Source: Vicugna vicugna | Lineage: Eukaryota | NCBI GenBank assembly: GCA_013265495.1 | Contig: MU057576.1 | Span: 406,982-470,981, forward strand | Length of the DNA: 64,000 nucleotides | Reading direction: 5' to 3' | Shown: in pieces, positions 1-11,319 of the stretch | How positions within the stretch are numbered: position 1 is the stretch's first letter | Layout of the letters: every line of letters begins with the position of its first letter | Made by a program: the position numbers and the translations under genes | Notes under the pieces: generated by a model | Told to the model about the DNA's origin: nothing | What the model saw: the letters and a program-made list of their open reading frames with translations, nothing else | The model's database searches: none

Positions 1-2997
1 CAGCATACACCCCAGCCTGAACCAAGCCCTCACTGGCCCCTTTTGCTCCTTCACAGGGCTCCACACTAGGGAGAAGGCTGCCATGGCTGAGGAGAACACA
101 CAGTTTTAGGGGGCAGAGCCAGCTCTGATCCAGCACACCATCCAAATGAGACAAGGGCAGCCATTACTAGTGTTCATTATGGTAGCAGATTGGGAGCAGT
201 CCGGAATTCTGACTGGTGCCAGGACTGCACCCAGGTCCACACCAAGCACCCCCTCCAGCCCCTCTTGCTCCAGCACTGCTCCACCCTGGGGCAAGGGTGC
301 CAATGCTGGGAGGAGGGAAAGCACACACACAAAGAGGGTACAGAACCACCTCGGACCCAACCCTCGGGGTTTCTGCTCCAGCAATCTGGGACCCAACACT
401 GCCCCCAGTAGGATGGTGTTGGCCACTGAGCAGAGTAGAAAGCCTGGCTCATACCTGGCTCTGGCTCTAGAAACTTCATCCCAGCTCCATCTCCTACCAA
501 GATGATACCTGCCAGCGCACCCTTGGGGAAGATGTGACTCATAATCATTTCAAATCCACCTCTCCCAAAAGAGCTACTGGACACATGCAGACAGTATGGG
601 GATGCTCCCACACAAGGACACTCCTTCAAGACCAGAATAGGAAAAAAACACACGCACCCTAATGTTCATAGCAGCACTATTTACAATAGCCAAGACAGAA
701 ACAACCCAAATGTCTATCAACATATGACGGGATAAAGAAGATGTGTTATACACACACACACACACATACACACACACACACACACTGAAATTCTACTCAG
801 CCATCAAAAAGGTCACAATAATGCCATTTGCAGCAACATGAATGGACCTGGAGATTGTCATTCTAAGTGAAGTAAACCAGAAAGAGAAAGAAAAATGCCA
901 TACAATATCGCTTATATGTGGAATCTGAAAAACAAAAAGGACTACTTATTATTTATAACTCATGATTGACTTCTTGAATATGTGTAAGCACATTTGACTG
1001 TCCTTTATAATTGGGTAACTGTATTCTGTTGATTCTTATTTTGTGGTTGGCTTTATTCCTTTGATAACTATATAAGTTTAAAGAGCTAAAGCTCTAAACT
1101 GTTCTTAGAAAGAAAGAACAGTACATATACGTAAATTTTTTTAATGTGCAGTATATTGTATATATATATTTACATGCAATATATTGTATATGTACAGTCA
1201 AATTGTGTCAATTGTACCTAATAAAACTGAAAATGGGAAAAAAAAGACCAGAATAGGTAACTATTTTGCCTAATTCTATAGAGACAGAAAAAGTTAAGCA
1301 AAATGAGAAGACAGAGTAATTTGTTTCAAACAAAAGAACAAGAAAAAATTTTAAAAACAACTAATGAAAAAGAGGTAAAAAATTTACAAAATAAAGAGTT
1401 CAAAGCATTATTAATAAGAACGCTAACTGAACTAGGGAAAAGAATTGATGAACACAGAATTTTAACAAGGAACTAGAAAATACAAGAAAGAACCTGTCAG
1501 AACTGAAGAATACACTAAACTGAAATGAAAAACACACTAGAAGGAATTAATAGCAGACTAAGTGATACAGAAGAATGCAAAAGTAACCTGAAGATAGAAT
1601 AATGGAAATCACCCAATTGGAATAGCAAAAAGAAAAACAGATTAAACAATGAGAACAGTATAAGGAACCTCTGGGACAACACCAAGCATACCAACATTCA
1701 AATTATAAGGGTCTCAGAAGGAGAAAAAGAGAAGGAGATCAAAAATGTGTTTGATGAAATTACGGCTAAAAATTTCCCAAACCTGAAGAAGGAAACAGAT
1801 ATCCATGTATAGGAAGCACAGAGAGTCCCCCAAACACATGAACTCAAACAGACACACACTGAGACATATCATAATGAAAATGTGAAAAATTAAAGATAAA
1901 AAGAGAATTCTAAAGGCAGCAAGAGAAAAACAAAGGGTCACATACCAAGGAACCCCCATGAAGCTATCAGCTGATTTTTCTGCAGAAACGTTGCAGGCCA
2001 GAAAGCAGTGACGTGATGTACCTGAAGGGCTGAAAGGGGGAAATTCTACAACCTAGGATACTCTGCCCAACAAGATACTCATTCAGAATTGAAGGGGAGA
2101 TAAAGAACTTCTCCGATCAGCAAAACTAAGAGTTCATCAACGCTAAACCAGCCCTAAAAGAAATGTTAAAGGCTCTTCTCTAAGTGGAAAATAAAAGGCT
2201 ACAACATGAACTAAGAATCTATAGGAAAAGAAAAATAAACCCACTAGTAAAGGCAAGTACACAGAAAAGGCTATGGATCAACCACAGAAATAAGTTAATA
2301 TGACGATCAAAGGACAAAAAAATTGTAAAATCAAGTATAACTACAAGAAACAGTTAAGAGATAAACATAAAGATGTAAAATATGACATCAAAAACACAAA
2401 ACGTTGAGGGGCAGTGAAAAAAAAGTAGATGTTGTAGAATGTGCTTGAACTAAAGTGACTACCAGTTTAAAAACAAGTAGATAAAGGCCAATACATATGA
2501 ACCCGTCGGTTAACATAGGTTCTGACCTATAATAGATAAACAAAAACTAGAGAGAAAGGATCACAAGCATATCACAAAAGAAAATCATCAAAGGGAAGAA
2601 ACTAAAAGAAGACAAACAGAGAAGAAATACAAAACCAGAAAACAAGTAATGAAGTGGCAATGGATACTCACCTATCAATAATCACTTTAAATGTCAATGG
2701 ATTAAATGCTCGAATCAAAATACATAAGGGAGCAGATTGGATTAAAAAATCCTATCTATATGCTGCCTACAAGTGACTGACCTCAGTGCTATAGACACAC
2801 ACAGACTGAAAGTGAGAGAATGGAAAAAGATACTTCATACAAATGGAAACAATAAGAAAGCTGGGGTAGCTATACTCATATCAGACACAATAGACTCTAA
2901 CAATGTCTATAACAAGACAAAGAAGGGAATTATATAATCATAAAGGGATCAATACAAGAAGAGGATGTAACATTCATTAACATGTATGCACCTACAT
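1..2997 (+). mobile_element. Degraded LINE-1: 5'UTR part, ORF1 and start of ORF2 (endonuclease); truncated on its 3' side and interrupted at 642-1243
   Basis: ORF1-like sequence ~1303-2183 with stops/frameshifts. ORF2 start-like sequence from ~2655 (ctatcaataatcactttaaatgtcaatggattaaatgctc, ITLNVNGLN). Similarity stops abruptly at ~2997. Confidence 0.9.
642..1243 (+). mobile_element. TSD-bounded retroposed insert: L1 3' fragment with (CA)n plus ~300 bp non-L1 tail
   Basis: 14-bp direct repeat aagaccagaatagg at 628-641 and 1244-1257. L1 3'-end motifs ~650-930. AATAAA at ~1220 followed by an A-rich tail. Confidence 0.8.
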
Positions 2998-3088
2998 TTC
3001 TTGTCAAGATGGCGAAAAAAAATAAAGTGAATGAGTGAGTGAATGATGTGGAAGAGAAAGGTTAAAGAGATAAAGAAGAGGTCAACAG

Positions 3089-3249
3089 TGCCCACGTCGG
3101 GACCCGGGTCCAGGGCACAGACGGCCCGGGCGTGTGCGTTGATCTGGACGTGCAGAGTTCCTGTACTGGCTTCGTACAGACGCACCTGCCCGTCCCCATA
3201 GCCTGCTGCTATGGTCCCCTGCCACAGCTGCATGGAAGGGCACGGGACT
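3089..3249 (-). pseudogene. WDR54: WDR54 exon (VPCPSMQLWQG...ALDPGPDVG), donor lost
   Basis: Acceptor at 3251-3250. Similarity ends at GTGGGCA with no GT donor. Confidence 0.88.
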
Positions 3250-3347
3250 CTGCAAGGGTGATAGCCCACTTTGATTTCCCAGACCTGGGCCCACTCCCAC
3301 CCTGAAGCTACCTCAGGAAGGCGTCAGCCCCCTTCTGCCTCACCTAC

Positions 3348-3385
3348 CTGAATACTGGAATTTGGGTCAGTAATTTGAATTCAGG
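3348..3385 (-). pseudogene. WDR54: WDR54 exon remnant (PEFKLLTQIPVF), 5' half missing
   Basis: Donor AG|GTAGGT present. The expected upstream DCVADMVTADDSG-like codons are not found. Confidence 0.75.
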
Positions 3386-4016
3386 CACTCACTGGATGGA
3401 TGATGAAACAGGCCACAGTGTCATGACCTTCTGGAGGTCTTGCAGTGAGACACTCAGAGTCACGACTAGACTCTGGGCCTCCCGAGAGCCCCTAACCCCG
3501 AGCAGCAGACACAGCCCACGGGCCCAGCTCTGTAGCAGGTGCAGCGCAGGGTGCAAATTGGAAGATACATACCCTGTTCCCAAGATGCTTACGACCCAGC
3601 TGGGGAAACAGGACTTGTCTCTGAGGGCAGTATCAATTCAAGGCTCAGCTGAGGGAGACCAGTGGGAGCTGGAATAGGGGGGTGGCTTCCTGAGGTGGCA
3701 CTGGGGTGGGCCTGAAGAGGCAGGACTCGCCCAAGTTCAGAGAAGGAAGCTACACATGTCAGAGCAGGAAAGCATCTCGGAAACTGTCTGCCCCAACTCT
3801 TCAGTTCACACCAGCACTGTAAAGTCTTGGAAAACGACTAAATGCCATGTAAATGGAAAGTAACCCTGGCGCTGTCACTGGACCCAAGGTTGCTGAAGCC
3901 TAGGAGAGTCTAGTAATTTGCCTAAAGTCATCCAGCTGCTTGAACCCAGCTCTCCTGCCTCCCAAGGCAGGGAAGGCCCCCACACCCACTGGAACAGGTA
4001 GGCGAAATCCACTTAC

Positions 4017-4144
4017 CTGGCCCTGGGCAGGCTCGGTGGCAATGTCTGTGACTGGTGTCTGGTGTCCAGCCGGCTCTTCACTCAGTACGATGTGGGGACC
4101 CTTGGCTGGGATGTCAAACACCAGTACCCGGCCTGACCATGCTC
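4017..4144 (-). pseudogene. WDR54: WDR54 exon (AWSGRVLVFDIPAKGP...EPAQGQ)
   Basis: 128 nt, AG/GT flanked, phase-consistent with neighbours. Confidence 0.9.
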
Positions 4145-4466
4145 CTGCAGAAGCAGTGCTCCACTGATGGCTTCCTGATCCTCCCAGGTCCCCAGCCCCC
4201 ACACTCAGCACTTCCTCCATCCCAGAGACCTTAGTAACAAACCCACCTCTCATTGCTCCAACCAGCCTTGCCCCCATATTCACCACCCTTATCCTATCCC
4301 ACCCTGCCCCTCTAAACCCCTCCACAGCTTTTTGGAGACTTCAGACCCCTCTTCACTCCCACCCTTCCCTCTAACCCTCCAGTTTGCTCAGATCAGCATC
4401 TTCCTGGCCAAAGCACACACCCCTATGCCCCAGAACCCCACAATGCCCTGCCCTCGGCCCCCTCAC

Positions 4467-4520
4467 CCACACAGATGAAGTGACCACTGGCAGCAATTCC
4501 TCGGGCAAACACAGCCTGTA
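4467..4520 (-). pseudogene. WDR54: WDR54 exon (VQAVFARGIAASGHFICVG)
   Basis: 54 nt, AG/GT flanked. Confidence 0.9.
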
Positions 4521-4610
4521 CTAAGTATGAGAGGGGAAAACTATTAGAAATAGCATCTCCCCATCCCCACAAACACTCCCTACCCCTGCCCCACGCAGTC
4601 CCACAGGTAC

Positions 4611-4677
4611 CTAGAGACGCATCTCCAGAGTCCAGTGCGTGCCAATAGACCATGACGGAGCCATCAGACTTGTACAT
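4611..4677 (-). pseudogene. WDR54: WDR54 exon (MYKSDGSVMVYWHALDSGDASL)
   Basis: 67 nt, AG/GT flanked. Confidence 0.9.
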
Positions 4678-5076
4678 CTGGAAGACGGGGTGAGGATGGG
4701 GTCACAATTCAGCTGACCTTTGCTGAGCTCTGTGCTGACTACTCCACGTACTCATGTTAGCCTTAGCCCAATTAATCCTCAAAACCACCCTGGGAGGTCG
4801 GCATTACTTTTATCCCCATTTTACAGAGGAGGACACTGAGGCTCTGAGAAGTCAATTAAATTACCCAAGGACATGCGGCTAGTAAAGGGGCAGATATTGG
4901 AGATGGCACCTGAGAACTGAAAAACAAGGAAGGAGAGAAGATGAGAAACAAGGAGGAAGGAGCTAAGCAAATTAAAAGTTTGGAAATGTTTAGAGGCAAA
5001 TGGGGAAAGGTCTAGGGGCCTTGGGGAGAAGGTGAGAAGACTCTAGTTGGGGAGGGCAGGAAGGTCCTCTTCTTAC

Positions 5077-5139
5077 CTGTATTTCTGGATGTGAAGTGAG
5101 TACCAGCAATACTCGGTAAGGGAGGACACACCAGTGGAC
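5077..5139 (-). pseudogene. WDR54: WDR54 exon (VHWCVLPYRVLLVLTSHPEIQ)
   Basis: 63 nt, AG/GT flanked, in frame. Confidence 0.9.
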
Positions 5140-5160
5140 CTGGAGGGCGGTGAGTCAGGG

Positions 5161-5869
5161 CAGGGAGAGGTGGTCAGAGCAGGGGACACGAGGACTCAGA
5201 AGTGTGGAAATTCAGACGGCTAGACAAGGCCTCTTCCTCGGGGTTTGGAGAGGAGGGGCTGGGTGAGGGCTGGTTTCAGCAGCACCGCTCCCAACTCCAT
5301 GGCTCACCTGGGTGATAAGTGGGGAGCTCACGCCAGCGCCCTCCTTAGCGTGGAGCTGGCGCTGGGCCAAGGGCACCCCCTCAGGAGCAGCGCTGAGAAG
5401 CTGGGCGCTGGGTCCATGGACTACGCCAAAATGTGTGAGGTTGCGCTGCTGCAGCACACTGAGGTTGTTGCACAGGGCGGCCGCCGAGCCTCGAAGGGGA
5501 ATGGAGCGCTCCCGGCAGGAGAAGTGGTCAGAACAGGGGACACGACGACTCTTAAGTGTGGAAATTCAGACGGCTAGACAAGGCCTCTTTTTCGGGATTT
5601 GGTGAGGAAAGGCTGGGTGAGGGCTGGTTTCAGCAGCACCGCTCCCAACTCCATGGCTCACCTGGGTGATAAGTGGGGAGCTCACGCCAGCGCCCTCCTT
5701 AGCGTGGAGCTGGCGCTGGGCCAAGGGCACCCCCTCAGGAGCAGCGCTGAGAAGCTGGGCGCTGGGTCCATGGACTACGCCAAAATGTGTGAGGTTGCGC
5801 TGCTGCAGCACACTGAGGTTGTTGCACAGGGCGGCCGCCGAGCCTCGAAGGGGAATGGAGCGCCCCGGG
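5161..5869. repeat. Tandem duplication, ~354-bp period, of the WDR54 first coding exon plus adjacent intron
   Basis: Units ~5161-5515 and ~5516-5869. Donors at 5307 and 5661 are 354 bp apart. Exonic parts are near-identical. Confidence 0.95.
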
Positions 5870-5877
5870 CGGAACAT
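5662..5877 (-). pseudogene. WDR54: WDR54 first coding exon (ATG-bearing copy)
   Basis: MFRPGRSIPLRGSAAALCNNLSVLQ...VSSPLITQ; 216 nt; donor CAG|GTGAGC at 5661. Confidence 0.9.
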
Positions 5878-6700
5878 CCCAGGGGAGAGACGCCCGAATC
5901 ATCAGGTTCAACAGAGGACAGCGGAGATTCCTGTGGGGACTCGGGGTGTTGTTATGCGGCACTGGGAGAGACCCCTGAGTCTGGGTCATGATGTGATGGG
6001 GGGTCACGTGGTGCGGGGAGGGTATCGTGGAGCAGGTAAGGGGAACCCCAGGGCTGAGTTAATCGGGCGATGCGGGGAATCCCGGAGGAGGAACGGCGAT
6101 GGCACAGGCCCCAGTGGCCCAAAGAGCCCAAGCCGAGGTGGGATGAAGCGAGGTAGCCCCCAGGCCCTATTTCCCTCCGCTTGGCTCCCCTAATACCCGG
6201 GCCAGGTAAGAGATCATAACAGCCCCCCTAAATCGGCTTCCGGTCTCTAGAAGCGTCGTCTCTCCGAATCCGCCGCCACCATAGAGACGACGCACGCACG
6301 CACGGCCGCTGGGTGGGGCCAGAAACACGGAAGTGCGATGCGGGGGCCCGGCTGCCTGGGCCCGGCTGCCGGGGCGACCTTTAGACCAGGGCGGCCCTTA
6401 GAACTGGGAGGCTCCTAGACTGGGGCGGACGCAGAGAGACTAGGAAGCCGTGGAGCTGCAGGGTCTGAGCTGCCGCTGTGGCGATGGCGGACAAAGGCTC
6501 GGTGAGCCTAAGCTCAGCGGAGGGTGCGCCAGAGCGGGGACAGCCCGCTCAGATCCGCGTCCCGATCCCTGGGCCAGCTCGGAGCCACCCGGCGCCCGCC
6601 CACCACGCGGGCGCTCGGGATGGTCAGGGAAGCCGCGTCACTGCGCTGGGGCGGAGAACTCCACCTGCGCCGCGCCCACACAGACGCCCGGTCACACCGG
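5850..6700. promoter_or_regulatory. CpG-rich bidirectional promoter region between WDR54 and C2orf81
   Basis: High CpG density. ETS-type CGGAAGTG at ~6328 and GC box GGGGCGGA at ~6422. Divergent start codons at 5877 (-) and 6484 (+). Confidence 0.7.
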
Positions 6701-9700
6701 GAAGCTGGGGGAAAGGGTTTCAGTGGGTGGTGCAGAGCCCAAGAACAAGAAGCGACTTAGCGTGTAATAAGTCTCTTACATTGAGTTACCCACTTAAATG
6801 GAAAAACCAGAACTGGTCAGGCCCTGGGGAGAGGTGTTGCTAGATGAATGAGCCATTTTGAGAATTTCAGGAGGAAGAAATGGACTATATAACAATGAGG
6901 CTACGCTTGAAAGTCAAATTGTTTAAGTCAAGACAGTTTAAAATAAGAAACAGATTTGGAGAGCATTTGTGCAACAATGTTTCTGGCCCCTGTGGTCAGG
7001 CCACTTCTAGGCACAGTCCTTATCACAGGTGCCACATGAGAGGCTGGGAGGGGAAGGCTAACCAACTCTCCTCTCCCAGACCTACCTGCCCTGCTCTGGC
7101 CAAGCCTGGACTGAGTTGTGGGCCGTTCCCTGGGCTTGCCACCAGCGCTGTTCTCACTAGCAGAGGGGCAGTGAGGCTTAAGGAGTTTTGAGTTCAGCGT
7201 GAGGTTTAGGGAACACAAGTTGAAGGAGAATGAATTTGGGGGAACACCATGTATGAGGCAATAAGGTTAGGCGTGGGGAGGCAAAGGTTTGGGAAGATTT
7301 TGTTGGGAGGTGAGTTTTGGAAGGACTCAGGTTCAGGGAGACTTGTGGGGAAGTGAGGAGGCGCATAAAAATCTGCTATTAATAGATAAACAAGATTATA
7401 CTGTAGAGCACAGGGAAATATACACAAGATCTTATGGTAACTCACAGGAAAATTTGACAATGAATATATATATGTTCATGTATGACTGAAAAATTGTGCT
7501 CTACACTGGAATTTGACACAACATTGTAAAATGATTATAAATCAATCAAAAAAAAAAAAAGAATCTGCTAGTAAATTCCTGGGTCGTTAACGGATTTTGG
7601 GGGACTAGTTTTGGTTTTTTTTTCCTTCTCAGTGGATTTTTCTTGATTATAAAAGGATACAAAATCATTGTAGAAACCTTATAAAATGGAGAGGAGTGTA
7701 GGAAAGAAATATATCCGCCATTACAGTTATTTTTTTTCCCATAATTTTGGGCTTTTCCTTTTCTTCAACATCTGTTGATTTACATATCTGAGATCATAGC
7801 TGATGTAAATTTGTGTCCTGTTTTTTCATTTAACATATCATAAGAATTTTCCTATGGTATTGTAAATTCTTCCTGAAGATTGCCTCCAATCATGGGATAA
7901 TGTTCCATCACATAGCTCGCACACAACTAGCCATCTGTTCTCTTTTTGTTAGACCTATGTTTTCAATATTCTGCTGTTATAAATGACATTACAGAAAATA
8001 TTTTAGAGAATATAGTTTTATTTTCATTTCAGAATATGCTTTTTGGTATATTTATAAAACTGGAATTGATATTTTTGAAAATTGCACATCTTTTCAAATG
8101 CCATCAACAGTTCTACTTTTATGAACTATGTCCTTTGCTTATTCTTGGGGGTCTTATGATTTTTAAAAAAATTTATGTGCAGTTTTATATTTGTGGGATA
8201 TTTATTCTTTTTAATATTTGTTGGAAACATTTTTGTTTGTTTGTTTAGGAAGCAGGATAAAGTCAAGTTCTGAAGGCAGACCTGCCTGCATATGAATTAC
8301 AACTGCACTGCTTCCTTGCTCTCTGATCCTGGGCAAATTCTGTAAAGTGGGGATAAAAATACTCTACTATTTTAGTACATACTCTAAAAAGTATAGCAAC
8401 TGAATCCATGTATGTGACTGATAGGCTTTAAGTGTCAGTACATGGTAATTACTATTACCAGCTTGTACATAGGAATTTTTTAAAAAGTAAGGAAAGGAAA
8501 ATTTGACCTGTATGTATACACTTTTCTACCCATTTGTTTATTATTCTTACATGACGTTTATGCTTAGGTAGTTCTCTCTTACCCAGAGATTCTATGACAA
8601 TTTAAACTACTTTTCCTACATTTTATGTTTTGTTTTTATTTTGTTTTATTTCTGTGTGTGTTTATCCTTTCATTCAGCTGGAATTTATTGAGATGTATAT
8701 TGTGAAGTGAGGACCTAAGTTGATTTGAGGGAGGGGAGGAGGCTCTAAACACACCAATACTTCCAGCACTGTTTGTTGCTCATCTTTCTCAAGTTCTTTG
8801 AACTCTCAAGAGTTTTGAACACTTTAAACTAGTGCAAATAACAAGCACTCTGCGGTTAGAGCTATACATAGCCTGGGTTCAGGGTGTAATCTCAAGCAAA
8901 TGCAGGTAAACTTCTGTCGAGTTTCAGTTTCTTTGTAAAATGGGCTTAGTGAGCTGTTAGGAAAATTGAATTAGCTAGGTCACTCACCCGAGAAGCGTCT
9001 GTCCCATAGTAGGCTCGTAGTAAATTGTCCCTTTCAGAAGGTTTTTCCTTCCTATTAGACAACTTGAGGAAGCTTCCTCCTTCTCCACTCCTGGGTTTCT
9101 CGCCCTGATTTGCCTGTTCCTTTCCCACAGAGGCAGGAGAACCAGGCCCAAGACTCCAGAGTGACCTGACCCAAGGCAGAAAATGCGACATCGCCTAAAC
9201 TTCCGGTGCTGCAGGGGGACGTCCTGCCTGGACGGCTCACTGAGGTGGAGGCGGCAAAGCTGAGGGCTCGCGAGGAGGGTGAGAAGGTGGTGGGCGACAT
9301 CCTGGAGGAGTTGGTGGACCAAGTGATGGATGACGTCTGCAAATCCTAACTGGAACGGCAGGTGGGGCTGGATCCGCGTCCTCCAGACCCATCTCCTCTC
9401 TCCCTGACCCCTGCCTGCTGGACTGAGACCCTCTCTCGCCTCCGCAGTGCATTCCGTACACCGTGAACGGGGCACGGGAGACCATACTCCAGATGGGCCA
9501 GATGCGATTCATGCCCCGGGATGAGGGAGAACCCCACCTGGCAGAGGACACCACGTGGGCGGAGGACGAGGAACCCTCACCTTGCCCGACTGACACCTGG
9601 GCTCTGGGAGCCTTGCCCGTGCGGTGCGCGCCCTCCTCGGTGGAAGGGAAGACCAGCCAAGGCAAAGAAAGCTCCTTCCCACCTCCCGCCCCCGCCCGGC

Positions 9701-10398
9701 CGCGTCTCTATTCTCTTCAGCGCCTCTCTGGGCTGCTCCTGCCTTAGTTCCTCTGTCTCCTGTGCCCGCGTCTCGCCATCAGTTTTCTTCCCTCTCCCGC
9801 CTGGGGTTCCCATCTGAGAGCTGGGCCCCAGCCCCAACCTCCAGTTCCCTACTTTAATCCTAGGCCTACCGTCGCCAGGCTTCAGTTCCAAGCTGACCTT
9901 CCCCAGTCCTGGCCTCTGTTTTCTCGCCACGCACCTGGGGCTCCCCTCTGTGGCCCATAGCCCCAGATCCAAACTATGGCCAGGTGCCAAGTGGCCCAGC
10001 GGCTGGGTGGGGGAGGCCGAGTTGCTGGGTGAGATTTGGGTGGGCCACACCCGTGTACCCCCGCAGGGCCTGGACCCCAAGGATCAGGAGAGCCAGGATC
10101 TTCAGAAGGGGTCTCACCCTGCGCCTGGACTTCTCAAGGCCAAGTCCCAGGTGGTGAGGAAGCCCATGTTGCTGCCAAAAGCGCCGAAGATGGCTCCTGG
10201 TGTGAGCATGTGGAAACCAGCCACCCAGGAGCTGCTTAGCCCTGCTGAACCTCAACATGAGGACAAAGAGGGCAGCACCTCTCGTCCCATCCAAACGGGT
10301 GCCCTAGAACCGCAGGTGATGGTGGCACCGCTAACAGAAAAGTCAGGTCTCCAATATCATCACTCCACTGCAAACACCTGCCCCATCCTGGGCCCTGA
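6484..10398 (+). pseudogene. C2orf81: C2orf81 homolog, unprocessed pseudogene
   Basis: Exon 6484-6501 (MADKGS|GTGAGC), exon 9131-9361 with in-frame TGA 9167 and TAA 9347, and last exon from 9448 (CIPYTV...RDEGE...WAEDEEP...LWPGAKWPSGW...RVPPQGL). Also TGA 9815, frameshifts, and AATAAA at 10444. Confidence 0.88.
7379..7561 (+). mobile_element. Short L1 3'-end insertion
   Basis: L1 3'UTR motifs and A-tail; flanked by aatctgcta direct repeats. Confidence 0.8.
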
Positions 10399-11141
10399 AC
10401 CTCAGGCAGTGGGAATCTGCCTACCTTCTGTCTGTCTGCCAGAAATAAACACCTGACTTGCTTTAAGAATTGGCCCCATGTGTGTCAGTTTCTTCCAAGT
10501 GTGTGTTCTCACGGAACTGGAGAGGGGCAGTTGTCCCACAGGCCTAGAAGAAGCCAGAACACTGACTCCTGGGAATAATTGCATTACCACCCTTAGGGGA
10601 CCCTGCTTTAGGGCCAAGGTGACTCCCCAGCAGAGGCAGTCTGGAGAGCCATCTGTCTGTCCACAAAGGAGCAGATGTAAAAGTTGTGAGTGGGGGTCTG
10701 TCTCAGTTTGGAGAATTCATCGAGTCTCATTCCAGTAGGGGAGGAAGGGGATGGCCCTGCTTAAGCACAGAGTGATTCAAGACATGAGGAATTCGATTTC
10801 CAGTCCCTGGGTCTCTGTCAGTTCACCTTAGAGTGCGAATCCAAGTTTTATGTGGAGACAAATCTGAGCCTATGCAGGGCTCAGAGTAGTCCTGGCTCTC
10901 TTGATCTTTGATATGGGCCAGCATTGGAGTGAGGCAATCAGGTTACTAGGAAAAACAGTTTAAGGAGGAACTCACTCTCAGGTTCAAACGGGGAGCTCCA
11001 ACACGTCCAAGAGGGAATGCCTCCTTAAATTTCGTGTCTGCTCCACACCAAGCTCTTGGTTAGTCCCTATTTAGCTTTGGCTAGTCCCTCCCCACCCTCT
11101 ATGTGGGCAAGGCTTCCACTGACAGGCCAGCATTCTCTGCT

Positions 11142-11319
11142 ATGTCACTGTGGTTTCTACTCAGCACCCCAGTCTGGGGTCCCGGCTCCGTCCTCCTCAC
11201 GGTGGTCCTCCTGCTTAGACTAAGTGTGTGTATCTGGCATAAGTGTTATCTCTGGGACCTCCAGCACTGCTCCACAGACCTGACCGGGAAGACGGCAGTG
11301 GTGACTGGGGCCAACAGTG
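11142..11319 (+). CDS. RDH-like exon 1
   Basis: MSLWFLL...DLTGKTAVVTGANSG; donor GTGAGT at 11320. Confidence 0.8.

Larger units (their letters stand above)
3089..5877 (-). pseudogene. WDR54: WD repeat domain 54 copy, disrupted and 3'-truncated
   Basis: Exons 5877-5662, 5139-5077, 4677-4611, 4520-4467, 4144-4017, remnant 3385-3348 and 3249-3089 translate to a close match of the recalled WDR54 protein. Terminal exons are absent. Confidence 0.88.

Noticed and set aside
5245..6193. Duplicated plus-strand ORFs (110, 130, 97 and 175 aa)
   Set aside because: Antisense shadows of the duplicated WDR54 exon and the GC-rich promoter.
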